Source: Bacillota bacterium (GTDB lineage: Bacteria > Bacillota > SHA-98 > UBA4971). From it: a stretch of DNA of 64,000 bases. The position numbers were made by a program, and so were the translations under genes. Location: NCBI GenBank assembly GCA_050261335.1, contig JBLNDE010000038.1, positions 6,102-70,101 on the forward strand, in the 5' to 3' direction. Under the pieces are notes generated by a model. That model ran no database searches. It saw nothing but the letters and a program-made list of their open reading frames with translations, and was not told the DNA's origin. This document shows positions 56,955 to 64,000 of this stretch, in pieces (position 1 is the stretch's first letter; the number at the start of each line of letters is the position of its first letter).

Positions 56955-58631
56955 GTGGGGAAGCGCATTCTCGTAGTGGGCGGTGTGGCAGGAGGGGCAG
57001 GCGCAGCGGTTAAGGCCCGAAGGACGTCGGAGGATGCGGAAATAGTCGTCTTCGAGCGCACGCCTTATGTCTCGTGGGCCAACTGCGGCCTGCCCTATTA
57101 CATGGGGGGCGTCATCCAAAGACGTGAGGAGTTGTTCGTGGTAAGCCCGCGAAGACTTGCGGCGAGGTTCAACGTGGACGTGCGGACACGCCATGAAGTG
57201 ACGGCCATTGACAGGGCGCGCAAGGCCGTATCCGTCCGGAACCTCGAAACCGGCGATACAAGCGATGAGCGCTACGATGCCCTCATCCTGGCCACGGGGA
57301 GCGAGCCCGCGCGTCCGCCGATACCGAGGCTTGACAGCCCTGCTGTGTTTACCCTCGTATCGGTGGAGGACGCCGACAGGCTGCAGAGTTTCCTCGAGGA
57401 GCGTCGGCCGTCGAGCGCGGTGGTCATCGGGGGTGGGTTCATCGGCCTCGAGACCGTGGAGGCCCTCCTTGAGCGTGGCACTGCCGTTACGCTCGTTGAG
57501 ATGATGGACCATCTGCTGCCGCCGGTGGACCGGGAAATGGCGGAGCCCCTTGCCATTCACCTTCAGGATAAGGGCGTGCGCGTCCTTCTCGGGCAGAAGG
57601 TTTCAGAACTGGTGCGGAATGGCAATAACGACAGAGTCGAGGTAAAGCTGGCGAGCGGCGACACGATCCTGTGCGATTTCGTGCTCTCTGCCATGGGGGT
57701 GGCGCCCAGGCTGGACCTTGTCAGGCAAGCCGGGCTTGCTATTGGGCAGGCCGGCGGCGTGGTCGTAAACGACAGGATGGAAACGAGCGACCCGGATATC
57801 TACGCGGCTGGGGATATCTGCGAGATAAGGCACCTTGTTACAGGCAAGCCTGTGCGGGTCCCCCTGGCGGGTCCGGCCAACAAGCAGGCGAGGGTTGCGG
57901 GAGCGAACGCCGCGGGCGGCAGCATGCGCTATGCCGGCTCGCTCGGCACGATGGTCGTCAAGGTCTGCGACCTCACCATCGCGAAGACGGGCCTATCCGA
58001 GAAAGAAGCGCGCGATGAGGGTATTCCACACTACGTTTCCTACACCCACTCCCAGCACCACGCCGGGTATTACCCGGGCGCCCGGATGATGACAGTGAAG
58101 CTCGTAGTTGACAGGTTCACAGGGAGGTTGCTGGGCGCGCAGATCGTTGGAGGCGCCGGGGTGGACAAGAGAATAGACGTCGTCGCCACAGCCATCCACG
58201 CCCGGATGACCGTGGAGGACCTGGAGGACCTCGACCTCTCGTACGCGCCTCCGTACTCATCCGCGAAAGACCCAGTGAACATCGCAGGGTTCGTGGCCGC
58301 CAACATCCACCGGGGCGAGGTTGACGCCATTACGCCCGATGAACTCGATGCGCTCCTCGAGCGCGAAGACATCCAACTTGTGGACGTCCGGACCCCCGCA
58401 GAGCGCAAGGCGGGCGAGATCCCCGGCGCCCGGCTCATGCCCGTGGACCAGTTGCGCGAGCTTGTCGGGGAGCTGGATCCGCACAAGAAGACAGTGGTGT
58501 ATTGCGCCGTCGGCTACCGCTCTTATCTCGCCTACAAGATCCTCGAGCAGCGTGGGTTCGACGACGTATCCCACCTGGCGGGCGGGTTCGACGCATGGAA
58601 GATGTCCCACGGGGAGCCGCGGATTACCTGA
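56955..58631 (+). CDS. CoA-disulfide reductase-like FAD-dependent oxidoreductase with C-terminal rhodanese domain
   Basis: GGVAGG, SWANCGLPY, GGGFIGLE, IYAAGD, YAPPYSSAKDP, YCAVGYRS. Confidence 0.92.
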   Translation: MGKRILVVGGVAGGAGAAVKARRTSEDAEIVVFERTPYVSWANCGLPYYMGGVIQRREELFVVSPRRLAARFNVDVRTRHEVTAIDRARKAVSVRNLETGDTSDERYDALILATGSEPARPPIPRLDSPAVFTLVSVEDADRLQSFLEERRPSSAVVIGGGFIGLETVEALLERGTAVTLVEMMDHLLPPVDREMAEPLAIHLQDKGVRVLLGQKVSELVRNGNNDRVEVKLASGDTILCDFVLSAMGVAPRLDLVRQAGLAIGQAGGVVVNDRMETSDPDIYAAGDICEIRHLVTGKPVRVPLAGPANKQARVAGANAAGGSMRYAGSLGTMVVKVCDLTIAKTGLSEKEARDEGIPHYVSYTHSQHHAGYYPGARMMTVKLVVDRFTGRLLGAQIVGGAGVDKRIDVVATAIHARMTVEDLEDLDLSYAPPYSSAKDPVNIAGFVAANIHRGEVDAITPDELDALLEREDIQLVDVRTPAERKAGEIPGARLMPVDQLRELVGELDPHKKTVVYCAVGYRSYLAYKILEQRGFDDVSHLAGGFDAWKMSHGEPRIT

Positions 58632-58646
58632 CGGGAGGCGCCGGTG

Positions 58647-59924
58647 CTATACGGCAAGCTCCCCGGCGCCGGCGACTCTGTCCTGCGCAAGGGCTGAGAA
58701 GAGCCTGAGGTAGTCCGCGAGGTGCCGCGTGGAGAGGAAGCGCCGCCTCACGTGCTCTTTCCCGGCGAGCCCCATCTGCCGGGCCTTTTCCGGATTGCTG
58801 AGAAGGTAGAGGATCTTCTCTGCGCACTCCTCCACGGACTTCACGAGGAACCCTGACTTGCCCTCTTCGACCTGCAGTGGAATCCCGCCGACGTCGCCCG
58901 CGACCACCGGCCTGCCTTTCCAGAGCCCCTCCGACACGGTGAGTCCGAAGCCTTCGCGGATGGACTTCTGCACGACGACGTCGGCCGCGGTCTGGAAGGC
59001 GTTCACGTCCGCGTTCCCGACGCCGTTCAGGTTCGAGAGAATGTGTACGTCCGGATCTCCTGCCGCATGCTCCGCCGACATCCGGTAGTACGCGATCCCC
59101 TCGGGGTCGTCAGCGGCCATGGACCCGATTAGGGCAAGCTGCACGCCGGGCATCTCGCGCTTCACCATGCGGTAAGCATCGACGACCCCGAGCGGGTCCT
59201 TCCATGGATCGAACCTGGACACCTGCACCAAGAGAGGCCGCGAGGGATCCACGCCATAGCCGGCCACGATCTCCCTTGCCGTTCCCACCGGCATCCCGAC
59301 GTTCTTCGGGCTCAAGGGGTCGATGGATGGCGGGATCATGGCAAGGCGCGGCACGCGGAGACCCTCCTTGGCGTACGCCGACATCGTGAATATCGCCGCG
59401 TCGTAGCGCTCCACGAAAGGTCTCACGAGGTCCCACGCCTCCTCGGCCGGGCTCGAGAGGTCGATGTGGCATCGCCATATCCATTTCGTCTTTGACCCGA
59501 ACCTTTCCCGAAGGTGGCTTGCGAGTGGGGCGGGCTGGGGGTCGTGGACCACCACGAAGTCCGGGGTTCCCGAGAAGTGGGCGGCCTCATGTTCGTTCGT
59601 GGCGAGGTATCTGTCGAGTCCTGTTGTGAGATCCTGGCCCGCCATGCCCTGGAGCGCGTTGTGAAGCGCCTTCGTGAAATCGAAGAACGCCGGCGGAGCC
59701 TCGATCACCGTCCACGTGGCTGCGAGGCCGACATCCTTCATCAAGGGGACGAGCGTATAGAGGATCTCGGACACCCCTCCGCCGTAGGCGGTGGAGTTGA
59801 TGTGGAGGACCTCTGCGCCCCTGAAGGGGGCCGCGAGCGCTCTTATCTCCTCGATCGTGTGATCTCCCGCGACTCTCCCGTAATCATTGAGTGATCTTGC
59901 TGTGGTCTTGATCGTCTTTGCCAT
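58647..59924 (-). CDS. treT: TreT-type trehalose glycosyltransferring synthase (GT4)
   Basis: HINSTAYGGGVSEIL, TKALHNALQG, HDPQP, WRCHID, QVSRFDPWKDP, REGFGLTVSE. Confidence 0.85.
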   Translation of the reverse strand: MAKTIKTTARSLNDYGRVAGDHTIEEIRALAAPFRGAEVLHINSTAYGGGVSEILYTLVPLMKDVGLAATWTVIEAPPAFFDFTKALHNALQGMAGQDLTTGLDRYLATNEHEAAHFSGTPDFVVVHDPQPAPLASHLRERFGSKTKWIWRCHIDLSSPAEEAWDLVRPFVERYDAAIFTMSAYAKEGLRVPRLAMIPPSIDPLSPKNVGMPVGTAREIVAGYGVDPSRPLLVQVSRFDPWKDPLGVVDAYRMVKREMPGVQLALIGSMAADDPEGIAYYRMSAEHAAGDPDVHILSNLNGVGNADVNAFQTAADVVVQKSIREGFGLTVSEGLWKGRPVVAGDVGGIPLQVEEGKSGFLVKSVEECAEKILYLLSNPEKARQMGLAGKEHVRRRFLSTRHLADYLRLFSALAQDRVAGAGELAV

Positions 59925-60048
59925 TCTCCATCGTCTCCGTATCCTTTCACTTTGTCCGGGCGAGCCCGGCGTCACCGCTCATCTGCCTGCGGCCGACGGC
60001 GCCGGTTGCAGCCCGAAGGCGTCGGCTAGAGGCCGGCCGCGCGGCGCA

Positions 60049-60882
60049 CTACTTGGATACCCATCCGACCATTCCCCTGACGTAGTAGCGCTGCAGGAAA
60101 GCGAACACGAGAATCGGGGCGAGCATCACGATTATAGTCCCTGCGGTCAGGACGCCCCAGTCGATGTGGTACATCCCCCGCAGGAGCGGGATACGCTGGG
60201 TGGCAAGGAGCTTCTCAGGCGAGTAGATGAGGATGAGCGCCAGGAAGAAGTCGTTCCAGACCCACATGAACTGCAGCACCGCTGACGATACCAGAGCAGG
60301 GATGCACATCGGGAGCACTATCTGGAAGAAAACGCGGAGGTCCGACGCCCCATCGACCCGTGCTGCCTCCTCCACTTCGATGGGGAGCGTGGAGAGGAAG
60401 TTCCTCATGAAGAAGAGGATCCACGGAATTCCCCAGGCGGAGTGGACGAGCACGAGTCCAAGAGGCGTGTCGACGAGGCCCAGGTTCTTCATGATCTGGA
60501 ATATGGGGACCGCGATCATCTGTTGCGGGACCGTCATCAGCATCACGATGGTGAGGAAGAGGTAAGTCCTCATGGTGAACCTGAACCTGGCGAACCCATA
60601 CGCTGCGACGGCCGCGACAAGTAGCGGCACGACCGTGCCTGGGACCGCAATCTTCAGCGAGTTCACTACCCCCTGGGAAAGCGGGGCGGCCGGGTGGTTC
60701 CACGCGCCGACGAAGTTGCGCAGGGTGGGGGTGAACGATTCGAACCTCCACCAGCCGTGGATGATCTCGCCAAGCGGCCTTATGGACGCCATGAAGATGC
60801 CGAGGAACGGGACGATCCATATGAGTCCGATGATCCATGCGGTTGTGTCTCTTGATAGCGACGTCAGGACTCTCCTCTGCAT
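60049..60882 (-). CDS. Carbohydrate ABC transporter permease (MalG-like)
   Basis: AAYGFARF, EEAARVDGAS, WVWNDF, FLQRYYVRG. Confidence 0.9.
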   Translation of the reverse strand: MQRRVLTSLSRDTTAWIIGLIWIVPFLGIFMASIRPLGEIIHGWWRFESFTPTLRNFVGAWNHPAAPLSQGVVNSLKIAVPGTVVPLLVAAVAAYGFARFRFTMRTYLFLTIVMLMTVPQQMIAVPIFQIMKNLGLVDTPLGLVLVHSAWGIPWILFFMRNFLSTLPIEVEEAARVDGASDLRVFFQIVLPMCIPALVSSAVLQFMWVWNDFFLALILIYSPEKLLATQRIPLLRGMYHIDWGVLTAGTIIVMLAPILVFAFLQRYYVRGMVGWVSK

Positions 60883-60890
60883 CTCGCGCC

Positions 60891-61766
60891 TCACCTCGCT
60901 TCCCGTGCAGACCTTATCATCATTGGGGCTGCCACAAGGGTCGTCAACGCCATGAGCACGCACGCGACAACCGCCGCGTTATTCGCGTTGAACTCGCGGA
61001 ATGCATAGAAGTACATCTGGAGTGCGAGCACGTTGGATGCGCCGCCAGGCCCCCCCATGGTGGCGGCGTACACCACGTCGAATATCTTCAGATCCCATAG
61101 GAAGGTCATGGTCACGACGACCTCGGTGATCGGCTTGAGCAGGGGGAAGGTTATGTTGAAGAACATGGAAAGGGGCGATGCACCATCTATCATCGCCGCT
61201 TCGTACACTTCTGAAGGAATGGTCTCCAGCCCTGCGGAATACAGCACCATACCGAAGGGGACCCACAGCCACAAAGAGCCGAGGACGAGCGAGAGAAGGG
61301 CGGTCTCCGGATATGCTGTGAGCGTGTGGGGAGTCCCGCCGAAGAGTCGGACGATGCTGGGCACTATACCTATGCTCCCGTCAAACATGAAGCGCAGTAT
61401 GATACCGCCGACGATCATGGGAGTGACCATGCCGAGGAAAACTACGGATTTGATTATCGATCCACCCCTGACGCGTCTCAAGGCGACCGCCAGGGCGAGG
61501 CCCAGGAGCACCGTCAGGGGAAGGTGAATGACGAGCCACATGAGGTTGTGGATGAGCGCCCCGTACGGAAACCCTCTCTGGAACCCCCTTGGGTCCACCA
61601 TCTCGGACTGGCCGAGGACCCTGGCGTAGTTGTCGAGAGCAACGAAATCGCCCTCCGGCGAGAGGAAGCTCAGCCATACAGTGTTCACCACAGGGTAGAT
61701 CACGAAGGCGGCCAGTAACACCAGGGCCGGCACAAAGAAAAGCGGTCGGAAAAAGCTTTCTTTCAT
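60891..61766 (-). CDS. Carbohydrate ABC transporter permease (MalF-like)
   Basis: YP, FVALDNY, EVYEAAMIDGAS, ITFPLLKP, FDVVY..T.GGP. Confidence 0.9.
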   Translation of the reverse strand: MKESFFRPLFFVPALVLLAAFVIYPVVNTVWLSFLSPEGDFVALDNYARVLGQSEMVDPRGFQRGFPYGALIHNLMWLVIHLPLTVLLGLALAVALRRVRGGSIIKSVVFLGMVTPMIVGGIILRFMFDGSIGIVPSIVRLFGGTPHTLTAYPETALLSLVLGSLWLWVPFGMVLYSAGLETIPSEVYEAAMIDGASPLSMFFNITFPLLKPITEVVVTMTFLWDLKIFDVVYAATMGGPGGASNVLALQMYFYAFREFNANNAAVVACVLMALTTLVAAPMMIRSAREAR

Positions 61767-61917
61767 GGTCCGAGCTCCTCTCCTCGCCCACGGCGGATAA
61801 GGCAATCCCCCCGGCTGCCGGGCCGGCCGGGTCCGGCAGCCGGCGCGGACGCGGCTGGGCGAGGGGCCGCGCCCGCATCTCCTGCTGCACGATCCGGGTG
61901 CAGGTGACTCCCCGTGG

Positions 61918-63105
61918 TTACGGAGCCTTCTTTTCCAGTGTCTCGAGGACCTCGACGTACCTGTCCGGCTTCACCCAGAGGAGCTTGAGCTGATCCCAGA
62001 AGGCAGCCTGGAACTCTCCACCGATGGTGTCGTCCATGTCGGCGAGGGCCACGCGGCCAGCAAGAAGCTCCGCCACGCCCCTGTCAACAGGCGGATACGC
62101 ATCCAGCGGGACCTTCGTGTACGTGGCTATGTGTCCGCCCTTCGTCACCTGGACCTCCTGCCCCTTGGTGGCGAGGAACTGGATGAGCTTCTTCGCTTCC
62201 TCGGGGTGCTTGGTGTACGCCGGCACGAAGGCGTAGTCGGCGCCGAAGACTATACCCCGCGCTCCAGGCAGCGAGAACACGCCGAGGTCGCTCGGGTCCT
62301 TCACCATTCCCGTTATCCAGCTTCCCATGAAATAGAGGCCGTAGTCGCCCTGCCACCACAGCTCCAGAGCCTGGGTCCACTCGACGGGCTCGCCGAAGCG
62401 CTTGGCCCTGAGGAGCGGCACGAGCCTGCCTTCGAAGATTCCCTTGACTACCGGGTCGGTCCACGCGATGGTGCCGGCGGTCAGCTCCTTGTGCAGCTGC
62501 GGGCCGCCGAACGTCGCGATGAAGTGCTCGGTCACGTCGGAGAGCGGCCAGCCGACGCCGTTACCGCTCGCGATGGGGGCCTTGATGCCGGGGATCTTCG
62601 CTATCTTGTCGAGAAGCGCGGTGAACTCGTCCCAGGTGGTGGGCGGAGTCAGGCCGTGCTTCTGGAAGAAAGACTTCCGGTACCAGAAGCCGGGTTTCAC
62701 CTTACCCGTGTACGCTATGCCGTAGAGCCTGCCTCCTGCCTTGAGGCCGTCGAGTGCGCCCGGCAGGTAGTCGCTGTCCTTGATGAGGCCCGTGAGATCC
62801 ATCGCGTGTCCGGCCTGGCCCTGCTTGGCGACGAACCACGACCACATGAAGATTACGTCGCCGGGCGCGGTCTTCGCGGAGAACTGTGCCGGCAGCTGGG
62901 CCGAGAGATCTTCGGCACGGTAGATGCGGTAGTCGACCTTTATCCCCGTCTCCTTCTCGAATGCCTGAAGGACCGGCACGAACGCCTCCATCTCCGCTCC
63001 GGACCACGGGCCTATGCACGTCAGGGTCTTCGCTTCAGCAGCGAGTGCCGCGTACGTGGCCACGAGAAACAGCGCGCACGCTACGAGCAGAATCCTCTTA
63101 AACAC
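61918..63105 (-). CDS. Carbohydrate ABC transporter substrate-binding protein (trehalose/alpha-glucoside-like)
   Basis: Signal peptide, GPWSGAE..F, FEKETGIKV, PTTWDEF, GWPLSD; upstream of treT. Confidence 0.88.
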   Translation of the reverse strand: MFKRILLVACALFLVATYAALAAEAKTLTCIGPWSGAEMEAFVPVLQAFEKETGIKVDYRIYRAEDLSAQLPAQFSAKTAPGDVIFMWSWFVAKQGQAGHAMDLTGLIKDSDYLPGALDGLKAGGRLYGIAYTGKVKPGFWYRKSFFQKHGLTPPTTWDEFTALLDKIAKIPGIKAPIASGNGVGWPLSDVTEHFIATFGGPQLHKELTAGTIAWTDPVVKGIFEGRLVPLLRAKRFGEPVEWTQALELWWQGDYGLYFMGSWITGMVKDPSDLGVFSLPGARGIVFGADYAFVPAYTKHPEEAKKLIQFLATKGQEVQVTKGGHIATYTKVPLDAYPPVDRGVAELLAGRVALADMDDTIGGEFQAAFWDQLKLLWVKPDRYVEVLETLEKKAP

Positions 63106-63171
63106 GGTTTTTCGCCCTCCCTTTTCGTTGCAAGATGTCGCAAGTCTCCCCGACCATCAACTCCGGCTCGC

Positions 63172-63365
63172 CTAAGTGTGGGTTCAGAAATCACCGCCAC
63201 TTTTCCAGGGTTGCCGGTGTTGCCCTCCGGGGACGGTGCGCTTGCGGCGCGCCTCGTTCGAATTTGGCACTTAAGGCTAGCCAAATTCTCGACGCCCCGT
63301 CGTGCAAGTACCGGCAACCCGGAGTCTTTCCCCAAACCGGCATGGATTTCTGAACTCACACTTAG
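63172..63365. mobile_element. MITE-like element with 21-bp terminal inverted repeats
   Basis: CTAAGTGTGGGTTCAGAAATC (63172-63192) and GATTTCTGAACTCACACTTAG (63345-63365), 20/21 complementary; internal hairpins. Confidence 0.7.
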
Positions 63366-63475
63366 CTCCATCGGGCGCATGGTACACGCAGTTTCTCCCG
63401 CTGTCACCTCCCCGGCCGGAAGCCATCCGGCGCCTCCGTGCTCTCTGAGTCTCCCCACACCCAAAGCTGAAGATG

Positions 63476-63568
63476 TGCAAGCGGTTGCACGAAATCTGCC
63501 AATGGGCCGCGCCATAATATAGAATGAGGTAAATTGGCCCGCCAATCATGGTGATGCAACCGGTTGCA
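63476..63568. promoter_or_regulatory. Two LacI-type operators flanking the sugar ABC promoter region
   Basis: TGCAAGCGGTTGCA (63476) and perfect palindrome TGCAACCGGTTGCA (63555), both with a central CG. Confidence 0.6.
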
Positions 63569-63670
63569 CTATGTGCGTTTTAACAATTCGCCGTGCGGTC
63601 CCTGAATCCTGCTTTGTGGGGGAGATCCGTGAGTGGTTTTTTTCACGCGCGTGCTCGCACCCGTCTCTGA

Positions 63671-64000
63671 CTACCAGACGATCTTCAGCAGCCAGAATAC
63701 GGTGCCGCGGTCCCAGCCAAGGTCCCACGGCACGTGATAACGGTCGGCGGTGTGGGAGTTGACCACCACGTAGCCGTGGGAGTCGGTGCCGGTCACCACT
63801 GCCATGTGCTCGATGCGTCCACGTTCCTCATAGGCTATGACGTCACCTGGGTGAAGGGCGCCGATAGGACCGTATGGGAGCTTTTCCGATGGTGCGACCA
63901 CGTCGGGGTATGTGCCGCGGGCGATCCTGACGGCGCGGCCGCTGTTGATGAGGAACCCGGCGAGTGCCTCGGCCTGAGCCCAGGCGCGGCTTGCCCCTGC
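63671..64000 (-). CDS. Amidase_6 domain protein, 5' part outside the window
   Basis: GDVIAYE....EHMAVVTG.D..G...VNSHTADRYHVPWDLGW. Confidence 0.75.
   Translation of the reverse strand, partial: AGASRAWAQAEALAGFLINSGRAVRIARGTYPDVVAPSEKLPYGPIGALHPGDVIAYEERGRIEHMAVVTGTDSHGYVVVNSHTADRYHVPWDLGWDRGTVFWLLKIVW

Noticed and set aside
1-64000. tRNA, rRNA, prophage or intact transposase genes
   Set aside because: None recognised by eye

Overview
A 64-kb chromosomal window from a GC-rich, probably anaerobic, endospore-forming Bacillota. The lineage is inferred from three alpha/beta-SASP genes, HutP, Amidase_6 and IorAB. In order it holds: a Dpp/Opp peptide ABC operon; a complete minus-strand shikimate/tyrosine operon (aroH-aroF-tyrA-aroA-aroE-aroC-aroK::aroB, then aroQ) with a long leader; a small accessory patch (creatininase family, HEPN and DUF1998-type helicase relics, MBL hydrolase, ICMT-like protein, HutP); a sugar-phosphate-utilisation (SPU-type) bacterial microcompartment locus with DeoC and RpiB; an adjacent IclR-linked nucleoside uptake and catabolism operon; chromate transporters, IorAB, a PHP phosphatase, extended SASPs, CoADR-rhodanese, TreT and a sugar ABC system. 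The most unusual signals are non-coding. (1) A 17-unit array of a degenerate 14-bp box with 16-17-bp variable spacers and a 30/30/31-bp rhythm lies between aroK::aroB and aroQ, and a related 14-mer recurs in tandem in the aro leader. (2) A Tyr-Tyr-Phe leader peptide plus terminator suggests ribosome-mediated attenuation of the aro operon. (3) A family of palindromic MITE-like elements is present, and one of their ends sits at the breakpoint of a MATE pseudogene. All calls come from reading the sequence and motifs by eye; no database search was run.
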